In this document: piece after piece, positions 47,501-55,564 of the stretch | Layout: every line of letters begins with the position of its first letter | Numbering within the stretch: the stretch's first letter is position 1 | Assembly (NCBI GenBank): GCA_040830765.1 | Contig: JBFOMH010000032.1 | Coordinates: 9,827-73,826 of the forward strand | Length of the DNA stretch: 64,000 nt | Source of the DNA: Puniceicoccaceae bacterium | GTDB taxonomy: Bacteria; Verrucomicrobiota; Verrucomicrobiia; Opitutales; Oceanipulchritudinaceae | Reading direction: 5' to 3' | Position numbers and translations under genes: made by a program | The notes under the pieces: generated by a model | Told to the model about the DNA's origin: nothing | Database searches by the model: none | The model's input: the letters and a program-made list of their open reading frames with translations, nothing else

Positions 47501-47574
47501 ACGAACTGGTGGAGATTAAGAACAATGAGACAAACCCCTCCCTTTTCTGGATAAAACGTCAATCCGCCCCCTAG
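44551..47574 (+). CDS. DUF6298-like protein with N-terminal beta-helix (lyase-like) domain
   Basis: GNRLPDFSHAGYMGGG, GGYRRHAF, SSGILFDNV, then YGLWYDRRREDH, PFFEQPYARSG, NIIESGAHWVD, EFTGPLHFV, LAPRQH. Confidence 0.7.
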   Translation: MKLGFASRVVCLTSLAGLVLSTNGIAEQVGQVVHLDRTGSLVYEVDDRGNRLPDFSHAGYMGGGVPLPEVGAVVRVSPVDGDDTARLQAAIDHVSGLPAGPDGWRGAVLLEAGTFEVSESLFIRDSGVVLRGHGSGEDGTILLAIGPGRYTLLRILGDASIDFAGEAVAIKTPCTVGATSVELADASGFSKGDRIRVFRPSTMEWIEEVGMDTAPARTPYKWKPGTVDLAWHRVVESTQGNTLVLDAPLTSALDDGAGSGTVQRIDSMGRITQVGIEHLRMVSSYDRENPKDENHPWMAVELDHVENAWIDDLTGVHFVSSIVDVGVDCRAITVSNCRSLEPVSEDGGYRRHAFHSSGELVLFNRCYSEYGRCDFTTGYQTAGPVVFLDCEARHSSGRSGSLGSWSSGILFDNVTIDGGQLALDNLEIRFGGAGWSAANSILWQCSASQIVVQSPPGARNWGVGVWGEFYGDGRWQQSNEFVTPQSLYLAQLRERLGQKAVLATKDRQRCIDNLDVIPVFEEVVPAIAMPVVEEKHPMTIRNGWLTDPDGLMTGGRSPVSWWRGNLAPARTRQHNAALTRFLPGRYGQGATDDLHELAKMMKARSEIQLRHHYGLWYDRRREDHQMIRRHSNDVWPPFFEQPYARSGRGIAWDGLSKYDLERFNPWYFSRLEQFAEIAGTEGLVLVNEMFFQHNIIESGAHWVDCPWRPVNNINDTPFPEPPPFTGDTVKIGNMFYDVENDKLRAIHKAYIRQCLANLSGQSNVIHTTGDEFTGPLHFVEFWLDTIIAWTGEGNPDPVVALSVTKDVQDAILKDPAREPAVDVIEIKYWFNTAAGLFTPAGGEELAPRQHLRKWKGGRSTPRDVAMMIRDYREAFPDKAIICSEIAGLDGWAVLAGGGSLPNLPPTLDNELRRQLPDAKVINPPLSVRSKQWTLGQPGEFYFIYSLDGDCSLLDLRGHPGAYSVHSIDPSTGQLHPSGLTMQGDELVEIKNNETNPSLFWIKRQSAP

Positions 47575-47584
47575 CCGAAATTCC

Positions 47585-48559
47585 ATGCGTTACCTTGTCT
47601 ACCTCCTCTCCTTTCTCCTTGCTTCCAGTCAGTTTCTCGCGGCGGAAGAGGAAACCGTCCTGCCTGAGACCTGTTACCTGTTCGCGCACTTTTATTTGAA
47701 CGGTGACAGCGGCCTGCATTTGGCATGGAGTCCGGATGGCCTCAAGTGGACCATGCTCAACGGGGGCGAAAGTTTTCTCGTTCCGGCGGTCGGGGAGTCC
47801 GGACTTATGCGCGACCCCAGTTTGACGGTTGGCCCGGACGGGCGCTTCCACATGGTCTGGACAACTTCCTGGACCGGTCAGACCATAGGCTATGCTTCTT
47901 CGGACGACCTCCTTAACTGGAGCGAGCAGAAGGCGATCCCGGTCATGGGGCATGAGCCTGAGGTCTGGAACTGCTGGGCCCCAGAGGTCATCTGGGTCCC
48001 GGAGGATGAGCACTTTCTCATTATCTGGTCGTCCACCATAACCGGCAGGTTTCCCGAGACCGGCCTGACCAACAGGCGACCGCCAAGAAACCACCGTATC
48101 TATCGTACAACTACAAAAAATTTCGTAACATTTACCCCGACGGAGCTGCATTACGATGGGGGCTTCAATGTGATTGACGCGGTGCTGACTCCGTTCGGCG
48201 ACGAATGGATGATGTTTGTCAAGCATGAGGCGGTCAGTCCGCATACGCAGAAGAATATTCGCTCGATCCGTTGCCGGACACCTTACGGGCCATTCTCGGC
48301 GAGCTCCGCTCCCATCTCCGGGGAGCACTGGTCGGAGGGACCGTCGGTCCTCAAGGTCGGGGACGCCTGGTTGCTATATTACGACCAGCATATGATCGAT
48401 GTATATGGCTGTCGCCGGACGGTGGATTTCCAAAACTGGGACAACCTTGATGCCGAAGTGGAGTTTCCCCACCGGGCGAAGCACGGGAGCTTTGTTGCCG
48501 TCGACCGGGCATTCCTGCTGCAACTTATGGAAGCGACAGGCGACACTACAAAACAATAA
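47585..48559 (+). CDS. GH43 family hydrolase (probable arabinofuranosidase)
   Basis: GLHLAWSPDG, MRDPS, HMVWTTSW, WAPE, VIDA, EGPS. Signal peptide. Confidence 0.85.
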   Translation: MRYLVYLLSFLLASSQFLAAEEETVLPETCYLFAHFYLNGDSGLHLAWSPDGLKWTMLNGGESFLVPAVGESGLMRDPSLTVGPDGRFHMVWTTSWTGQTIGYASSDDLLNWSEQKAIPVMGHEPEVWNCWAPEVIWVPEDEHFLIIWSSTITGRFPETGLTNRRPPRNHRIYRTTTKNFVTFTPTELHYDGGFNVIDAVLTPFGDEWMMFVKHEAVSPHTQKNIRSIRCRTPYGPFSASSAPISGEHWSEGPSVLKVGDAWLLYYDQHMIDVYGCRRTVDFQNWDNLDAEVEFPHRAKHGSFVAVDRAFLLQLMEATGDTTKQ

Positions 48560-48565
48560 CTTGTC

Positions 48566-50134
48566 ATGAATAACAAACAGCTGATAACCGGCCTTACCGG
48601 CCTATTCCTTGCCATGCTTTCTTGCCATGGTGCCGATTTCAACGTGCTCGACCATGGGGCAACCGGCGATGGGGAGACCCTCGACACCGCAGCCATCCAT
48701 GCGGCGATCGATGCCTGTTCCGAGGCAGGTGGGGGAAGAGTGGTTGTCCCGGCGGGTCGCTATCTCACCGGATCCATTCACCTCGAGGACAACGTTAACC
48801 TCTACCTCGCCGGTGGAGCTGAACTGCTGTACAGCGGGGACCCTGAGGATTCGCCGCTCGTGCAAACCCGATGGGAAGGGACACGCGTCTATACCCATGG
48901 GCCGCTGATTTACGCCAACGGGAAAAAGAATATCAGTGTCACCGGACGCGGGCGCATCAATGGGCAGGGAGTCAACTGGTGGTGGAGAAATACCGAAGAT
49001 CCTGCCCGCGTGCATATTTCCCAACCGGCAAAGGATGCATGGTTAGCGCTTTTCAAACGCATCCAGGCTGGGGAACCCTTCGAGAAGGCCGACTTCGAGT
49101 TGCCCTCCAAGTTCCTTCGCCCGTCGCTGGTTGTCTTCTACGAGTGCGAAAACGTTCTCGTGGAAGGAGTCACCTTGCTGGATTCCCCGATGTGGATGCT
49201 GCATCCCATTTTCTGTGAGAATGTCCTCATCAACGGTGTATCGTTCGTCTCCTACGGTCCCAACGGGGACGGGATTGATATCGATTCCTGCAGGAATGTC
49301 CGGGTCTCGGACTGCTACTTCGACACCGAGGACGACTGCATCGTCATCAAGTCCGGACGTGATGCCGATGGACGGCGGGTCGGACGGGCTTCCGAATTCA
49401 TCACGATCACCAATTGTGTCATGTACCGCGGCCATGGGGCAGTGGTCATTGGTAGCGAGATGTCCGGTGGCGTGCGGGATGTCAGCGCCTCCAATATTGT
49501 CTGCTTCGGAACGGATCGGGGGATTCGCCTGAAGACTGCTCGTGGCCGGGGCGGGGTGGTGGAGAACCTCCGCTTCGACAATTGGGTCATTCATGATTCC
49601 CCGCAGGAAGCCATCCAGATTAGCAGCAATTACGTGGACTTGCCGGAGGAACCATTCACCGAGCGGACACCGACGATGCGCAATGTCTCGATCAGCAACG
49701 TCACAGTCAATGGTGCGCGGACCGTCATCAACATCGGTGGTTTAGCGGAGCAACCGATTGAGGGCCTGCGTTTCAGTGACATCCGGGGCCGTGGCCAGGC
49801 GGGAATGGTCTGCAACCTGGCGCGCGATGTTGAAGTGCACGATGTCCGCATTGACGCGGAGGAGGGCCCGGCCTTTTTCTTCAGCGATGTCGAGGACATC
49901 CATCTGGATAATGTCGGTACCCGGACCTCCCGGAGGGAACCGGTCATTGCCCTGCACAATGCGCGCAATGTCTGGTTGCACGATTCCCTGGCCGTCCGTG
50001 GTAACCGGACATTTGTCCAGGTCCAGGGTGCGGCCTCCAATGGTATCATTATGAGTGGTAACGAGCTCTCCGCTGCTACCAAGTCCGTCATTCTCGGCCC
50101 GGATGTACACCCGGAGGCAGTACGGGAAGATTAG
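48566..50134 (+). CDS. GH28 polygalacturonase family
   Basis: PNGDGIDIDSC, EDDCIVIKSG, GHGAVVIGSE, GIRLKT. Signal peptide. Confidence 0.92.
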   Translation: MNNKQLITGLTGLFLAMLSCHGADFNVLDHGATGDGETLDTAAIHAAIDACSEAGGGRVVVPAGRYLTGSIHLEDNVNLYLAGGAELLYSGDPEDSPLVQTRWEGTRVYTHGPLIYANGKKNISVTGRGRINGQGVNWWWRNTEDPARVHISQPAKDAWLALFKRIQAGEPFEKADFELPSKFLRPSLVVFYECENVLVEGVTLLDSPMWMLHPIFCENVLINGVSFVSYGPNGDGIDIDSCRNVRVSDCYFDTEDDCIVIKSGRDADGRRVGRASEFITITNCVMYRGHGAVVIGSEMSGGVRDVSASNIVCFGTDRGIRLKTARGRGGVVENLRFDNWVIHDSPQEAIQISSNYVDLPEEPFTERTPTMRNVSISNVTVNGARTVINIGGLAEQPIEGLRFSDIRGRGQAGMVCNLARDVEVHDVRIDAEEGPAFFFSDVEDIHLDNVGTRTSRREPVIALHNARNVWLHDSLAVRGNRTFVQVQGAASNGIIMSGNELSAATKSVILGPDVHPEAVRED

Positions 50135-50176
50135 GCCGACCCTTATCCCAAAAACCCACGGCAACACTTCTATTTC

Positions 50177-51691
50177 ATGTCATCACACATATCAGCACTC
50201 GATCTCTGGGTACTCGGTATCTACTTCCTCGCTGTATTGGGAATTGGATACGGTTTCCGTCGTAAAAGCAGTTCTGTGGACGGCTTCACCGCGGCTGGAA
50301 GAAGCCTTCCCGGATGGCTGACCGGGCTTTCCATATTGGGAACCTACGTCAGTAGCATCAGCTTCCTGGCCTTGCCGGGAAAGGCCTTTATCGACAACTG
50401 GAATCCCTTTGTTTTCAGCCTTTCCCTGCCCATCAGTACCTGGATTGCCGTGCGCTGGTTTCTTCCGTTCTACCGGAACTCGTCTCATGTCTCGGCCTAT
50501 GAGCACCTGGAGGAACGGTTCGGCACCTGGGCGCGTATCTACGCCAGTTTCTGTTATTTGCTGACCCAGCTGGCCCGCATGGGAACGGTGATGTATCTCA
50601 TGGCCTTGCCGATGAGCGTCCTGCTGGGTTGGGATATCCGCATTATCCTCCTGATAACGGGGATCTCAGTCACCATCTACACCTTCCTTGGTGGATTGGT
50701 GGCCGTTATTTGGACGGACGCCCTGCAGACGGTGATTCTCATCCTTGGGGCCTTGGTTTGTGCATTCCTGATGGTCAGTGGATTGCCGGAGGGTCCCGGC
50801 CAGTTGATTGATATCGCTGTCGAGCATGGCAAGTTCAGCCTGGGGAGCTTTGGACTGACGCTCTTCGAATCAACCTTCTGGGTGACCCTTGTTTACGGCC
50901 TGGTCATCAACCTGCAGAATTTCGGTATCGATCAGAACTACATCCAGCGTTACTTTGCCGCCCGTTCCGACGCCGAAGCGCGCAAGAGTATCTGGATTGG
51001 CGGCCTGCTTTATATTCCAGTTTCCGCCGTTTTCTTCTTCATCGGAACAGCGCTTTTCGCCTACTACAGCGTCTACCCGCAGGAGTTGCCGGTTTCCTAC
51101 ACCGAGGGTGGCATGGCTGATTCGGTATTCCCGCACTTTATTGTCTCTGTCCTGCCGGCCGGAATAACCGGATTGTTGATTGCGGCTGTTTTCGCCGCCG
51201 CCATGAGCACGGTCTCCACCAGTCTCAATTCCTCGGCGACGATCATCATGAATGATTATTTTATCCGGCTTTTCCGGCCCAATGCCACCGAGAAGCAATC
51301 GATGCGCATGCTGCACGGAACGACCATCGTATGGGGAGCCCTCGGCACCCTTATTGCCATTGCGATGACGACCGTCCGCAGCGCGCTCGATGCCTGGTGG
51401 ACCCTGGCCGGTATTTTCGGCGGGGGAATTCTCGGGCTATTCCTGCTGGGCTTTCTTTCCCGGAAACCGAAATCGAGCTGTGCCCTGTGGGGTGTTGTTG
51501 CCGGCGTCACGATCATCCTGTGGATGACCCTTTCGCCGAAAATGGAGTTTCTTCCACAATTCCTCAAGAGCCCCTTCCACAACTTTCTCATTATTGTCTT
51601 TGGGACCGCGACCATTCTTGGCGTTGGCTTTCTGCTGACCCGTTTCTTGAGCGGGGCCAAAGCTGTACCACAACCCTCTTCCAATGAATAA
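50177..51691 (+). CDS. Sodium:solute symporter (SSS, SiaT-like)
   Basis: GTYVSSISFLALPG, SAYEHLEERFG, DQNYIQRY, FAAAMST. Confidence 0.92.
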   Translation: MSSHISALDLWVLGIYFLAVLGIGYGFRRKSSSVDGFTAAGRSLPGWLTGLSILGTYVSSISFLALPGKAFIDNWNPFVFSLSLPISTWIAVRWFLPFYRNSSHVSAYEHLEERFGTWARIYASFCYLLTQLARMGTVMYLMALPMSVLLGWDIRIILLITGISVTIYTFLGGLVAVIWTDALQTVILILGALVCAFLMVSGLPEGPGQLIDIAVEHGKFSLGSFGLTLFESTFWVTLVYGLVINLQNFGIDQNYIQRYFAARSDAEARKSIWIGGLLYIPVSAVFFFIGTALFAYYSVYPQELPVSYTEGGMADSVFPHFIVSVLPAGITGLLIAAVFAAAMSTVSTSLNSSATIIMNDYFIRLFRPNATEKQSMRMLHGTTIVWGALGTLIAIAMTTVRSALDAWWTLAGIFGGGILGLFLLGFLSRKPKSSCALWGVVAGVTIILWMTLSPKMEFLPQFLKSPFHNFLIIVFGTATILGVGFLLTRFLSGAKAVPQPSSNE

Positions 51692-52787
51692 CATGAATAG
51701 CATCCGTATTAGTTCTCTGAAGAAACTCTACCTCACGCTAACCATAGCCGGCTTAAGCCTGTTGTTGACGCATGCCGGGACAGCTGGAACAACCAGCGAC
51801 TGCGCGGTAGTCCAGTCGGGCTTTATTTATGAAACGGCATCCTATCCCTCCTGCCATGCTTCCACGATAGCGGAAGTGAGCGGGGGCCAGTTGGTGGCTG
51901 CCTGGTTTGGCGGGACCCACGAACGTCATCCCGATGTGGGCATCTGGGTGGCCCGAATGGTTGATGGCAAATGGGAGGAAGCAACGGAAGTGGCCAACGG
52001 GCTACAAGAGGACGGTGAACGCTTCCCGACCTGGAATCCGGTCTTGTTTCAGCCGGAGAAGGGCGACTTGTTTCTTTTCTACAAGGTCGGCCCAAATCCC
52101 CGCGAGTGGTGGGGGATGGTCATGACCTCCCCGGACGCCGGCCAGACCTGGACCGAGCCGGTACGATTACCGGACGGTATTCTCGGGCCCATCAAGAACA
52201 AGCCGGTCATCCTTCCGGACGGCACATGGATGTCGCCATCCAGCACGGAAACCCCGGGGATTGGATGGAGAGTGCATTTCGAACTCAGCCGGGATCAAGG
52301 GACCACTTGGGAAAAGATTGGCCCGGTTGGACCCGGAGTTGGATTTGATGCCATTCAGCCGAGCATCCTTTTTCATCCTGACAATACCCTGCAGGCCCTT
52401 TGCCGGACCAAGCAAGGCGTTGTCGGAATGACCTGGTCCTATGACGGCGGGCAAACCTGGACCGACATCTCGGCGTCCGAGTTACCCAATCCAAGTTCCG
52501 GCACAGATGCGGTTACCCTGGCCGACGGCCGCCAGTTGATCGTCTACAACCACTTTGGCCATCTTCCCGAGCGCTCCGGCAAGGGATTGCGCTATCCCCT
52601 GAACATTGCCCTTTCCGACGACGGCATTCACTGGCGGCGGGTGCTTGACCTTGAAACGGAAGCCAAGCCCGCCGGGTATGCCTATCCTGCCGTCATTCAA
52701 ACCAGTGACGGGCTTATCCACGTGACTTACACCTGGGACCGGAAACGGATTAAGCACCTCGTCATCGATCCAACGAAAATCAAATAG
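51684..52787 (+). CDS. GH33-like sialidase / BNR-repeat protein (candidate Kdo hydrolase)
   Basis: CHASTI, WFGGTHE, WNPVLF, GPIKNKP and Asp-boxes SPDAGQTW, SRDQGTTW, SYDGGQTW, SDDGIHW. YAYP. Signal peptide. Confidence 0.85.
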   Translation: MNNMNSIRISSLKKLYLTLTIAGLSLLLTHAGTAGTTSDCAVVQSGFIYETASYPSCHASTIAEVSGGQLVAAWFGGTHERHPDVGIWVARMVDGKWEEATEVANGLQEDGERFPTWNPVLFQPEKGDLFLFYKVGPNPREWWGMVMTSPDAGQTWTEPVRLPDGILGPIKNKPVILPDGTWMSPSSTETPGIGWRVHFELSRDQGTTWEKIGPVGPGVGFDAIQPSILFHPDNTLQALCRTKQGVVGMTWSYDGGQTWTDISASELPNPSSGTDAVTLADGRQLIVYNHFGHLPERSGKGLRYPLNIALSDDGIHWRRVLDLETEAKPAGYAYPAVIQTSDGLIHVTYTWDRKRIKHLVIDPTKIK

Positions 52788-52801
52788 GAGTCGCCGTTTA
52801 C

Positions 52802-55561
52802 ATGAATCTCCCCGGATACACGCGCCTCGCCTACAGATGCCTCCTGATCCTTCTGGGCGGCTCCGGATTCTTGTCCGGGATGGTCGTTGTCGAGGACCTG
52901 ACCTGCGGGTATTCCACCAACCCGCTCGGGGTTGATAATGCCCGGCCGCATCTGTTCTGGCGCCTCACCAGCGATGAACAGGGCCAGCGACAGACAGCGT
53001 ATAGGATTCTTGTAGCCTCGGACAAGGAGGCCCTGGCCAGCGATGTGGGCGACTTGTGGGACAGTGGTATTGTCAAGAGTGACCAGACAACCCATGTGAA
53101 GTATGACGGTGTGCCCCTGACCTCCTCCCAAAATGTATACTGGAAGGTGCAGGCGTGGGATCGTAATGGGAATCCGACCGCTTGGAGTGAGCCCGCCCAA
53201 TGGACCATGGGCATATTGGAGTCGGATGAGTGGCAAGGAAACTGGATCACGTCTCCCGAGCAACACGAGTCCATTCTTCTTCGGCGTGACATTGAGTTGA
53301 GCGGGACCCTGACCCGCGCTGTGATGCATGTCAGCGGACTTGGGCACTGTGTTGTTTCCATCAATGGCCAGCGGGTTGGACAAAAGTTGCTCGCGCCTGG
53401 CTGGACCGACTATGACAAGACAACCCTTTACGATACCTACGACATAACAAACCTGTTGCAGAACGGCGACAATGCAATTGGGGCTTTGCTGGGCAACGGC
53501 ATGTATCATGTTGAGCGTCGCGGTCGCTTCGCCAAATTTGTAGGTTCATTCGGGCCCAAGCGGCTGATGGCCCATATCCTGTTGGAGTTTGAAGATGGAA
53601 GTCGTGAAATTGTCTCTACAGATGAACAGTGGCTGACCCATTCCGGGCCAATTACCTTTTCCAGCATCTACGGGGGCGAGGACTATGATGCCCGGCTCCT
53701 TCCTGATGGTTGGGATCTTCCGGGATTCAATTCAGCGGATTGGGATCCCGCGGTCATCCTTGATGCGTATGACACCTCCACCCTGAAAGGTCATTCCGCA
53801 TCTGCCCATCCAGTGGTCGAGATTGAGGCCCGCCTGCCGGTCGAGGTGCGCCCGCTTGCCGCCCCTGGGGCAGCCTTGTATGACTTTGGTCAAAACACCT
53901 CCTACATGCCCCGGTTGACCGTCACAGGGCCCAAGGGTAGCCGTGTAATCCTGACTCCGGGTGAACTGATTTATCCGGACGGTTATATCACACGCTCGTC
54001 GATGGGCGGTGTCTACCGGGGATATTCCTGGTGTGAATACATCAAGGCGACCGATGATGCGGAGACATGGATGCCGGAGTTCTTTTATATCGGCAGCCGA
54101 TACATCCAGACCCAGGCGGTTGCTGCGGAGGAAGGCGGACCGTTGCCCGTTATCGAGACACTGGAAGGGGTTATTGTCCACTCATCGGCAGAACCGCTAG
54201 GTCGATTCACTACCTCAAACAATCGCTTGAACCAGACCCGGGAGTTGGTCCGCTGGGCCCAACGTTCGAACATGGTTTCCGTGCTCACCGATTGCCCCCA
54301 TCGAGAGAAACTGGGCTGGCTGGAGCAGTATCATCTCAATGGTCCGGCCATCCGCTATGAATTTGATGTGGCGAAAATCTACACCAAGGGCATGAACGAC
54401 ATGGCCGACGGGCAGACGGCGGACGGACTGATTCCGAACATTGCTCCCGAGTATACGCAGTTCCGTGGCACTTTCCGGGCGGCCGCGGAGTGGGGGGCGG
54501 CCTTCATCCTGGTGCCCTGGCAGCAGTATCGCTTTTCGGCGGATACCTCCCTCATCCGGAAACATTACCCCGCCATGAAGCGCTACTTCGCCTACCTTGA
54601 GTCAAAGGCGGTTGATAACATCCTCGAAGAAGGACTGGGCGACTGGTATGACCTCGGTCCCCGAGCACCCGGGCGATCCCAGCTGACCTTCCCCCCGTTG
54701 ACCGCAACGGCGTTTCTCTATCGGGACGCGGTAGCTCTCTCAAAAATGGCTTCCCTCGTGGGGCAGGAGGAGGATTCCGCCTATTTCAATGAGCGTGCCG
54801 AAGAAATCCGGGAAAGCTTCAACGCGACTTTTTTCAACAGGGAGGCTGGCTTCTATGGCGGCAACTCACAAGCGGCCAACGCCATTCCGCTGGTCTTTGG
54901 AATCGTGGAACCGGAATACCGGAAAGTCGTCCTCGAGAATTTGGTCCAGGATGTCGTTGAAAATGACTACCGGATGACGGCAGGGGACGTCGGCTTCCGT
55001 TTCCTGATTCAGGCCTTGTCTGAAGGTGGCCGGGATGGGGTTGTCTACCGGATGATCAACCATGATCGGAATCCGGGTTACAGGTATCAATTGAAGATGG
55101 GGGCAACTGCATTGACGGAGTCATGGGACGCTGATCGCAACAGCTCCAACAACCACTTCATGTTGGGCCATATCACGGAGTGGTTTTATGAAGACTTGCT
55201 GGGGATTGAGGCCATGGAAGACTACCCTGGATTCAAGCGGGTCCGTATCAACCCCTCGGTTATTGACGGCCTGTCATGGGTCGAGGGAGGTTATGAATCG
55301 CTCCATGGTCCCATACGTGTCCGCTGGGACATAAAGAATGCTGTTTATCGCCTGGCAGTGGAAATCCCTGCCAATACGTCGGCGGAGGTCCATTTGCCTG
55401 CTATGGAACCGGACAGGGTTAGGGTCAATGGACGGGCCATTGCCGATATCGAATGGATTCAGGAAATGAAACAGGACTCTGGCAAACTGGTTCTTCTTGT
55501 CGCTTCCGGCAGCTATGTTTTCGAGGTGAACAAACCGGAGCTTCCTGAGCAGACAGACTGA
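52802..55561 (+). CDS. GH78 alpha-L-rhamnosidase
   Basis: NPLGVD, YGGEDYDAR, TDCPHREKLGWLE, GATALTESW, NNHFMLG. Signal peptide. Confidence 0.92.
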   Translation: MNLPGYTRLAYRCLLILLGGSGFLSGMVVVEDLTCGYSTNPLGVDNARPHLFWRLTSDEQGQRQTAYRILVASDKEALASDVGDLWDSGIVKSDQTTHVKYDGVPLTSSQNVYWKVQAWDRNGNPTAWSEPAQWTMGILESDEWQGNWITSPEQHESILLRRDIELSGTLTRAVMHVSGLGHCVVSINGQRVGQKLLAPGWTDYDKTTLYDTYDITNLLQNGDNAIGALLGNGMYHVERRGRFAKFVGSFGPKRLMAHILLEFEDGSREIVSTDEQWLTHSGPITFSSIYGGEDYDARLLPDGWDLPGFNSADWDPAVILDAYDTSTLKGHSASAHPVVEIEARLPVEVRPLAAPGAALYDFGQNTSYMPRLTVTGPKGSRVILTPGELIYPDGYITRSSMGGVYRGYSWCEYIKATDDAETWMPEFFYIGSRYIQTQAVAAEEGGPLPVIETLEGVIVHSSAEPLGRFTTSNNRLNQTRELVRWAQRSNMVSVLTDCPHREKLGWLEQYHLNGPAIRYEFDVAKIYTKGMNDMADGQTADGLIPNIAPEYTQFRGTFRAAAEWGAAFILVPWQQYRFSADTSLIRKHYPAMKRYFAYLESKAVDNILEEGLGDWYDLGPRAPGRSQLTFPPLTATAFLYRDAVALSKMASLVGQEEDSAYFNERAEEIRESFNATFFNREAGFYGGNSQAANAIPLVFGIVEPEYRKVVLENLVQDVVENDYRMTAGDVGFRFLIQALSEGGRDGVVYRMINHDRNPGYRYQLKMGATALTESWDADRNSSNNHFMLGHITEWFYEDLLGIEAMEDYPGFKRVRINPSVIDGLSWVEGGYESLHGPIRVRWDIKNAVYRLAVEIPANTSAEVHLPAMEPDRVRVNGRAIADIEWIQEMKQDSGKLVLLVASGSYVFEVNKPELPEQTD

Positions 55562-55564
55562 CCA

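Noticed and set aside
51684..52787. Sialic acid utilisation cluster
   Set aside because: No nanE, nanK or nagA seen. The RG-II context favours Kdo.
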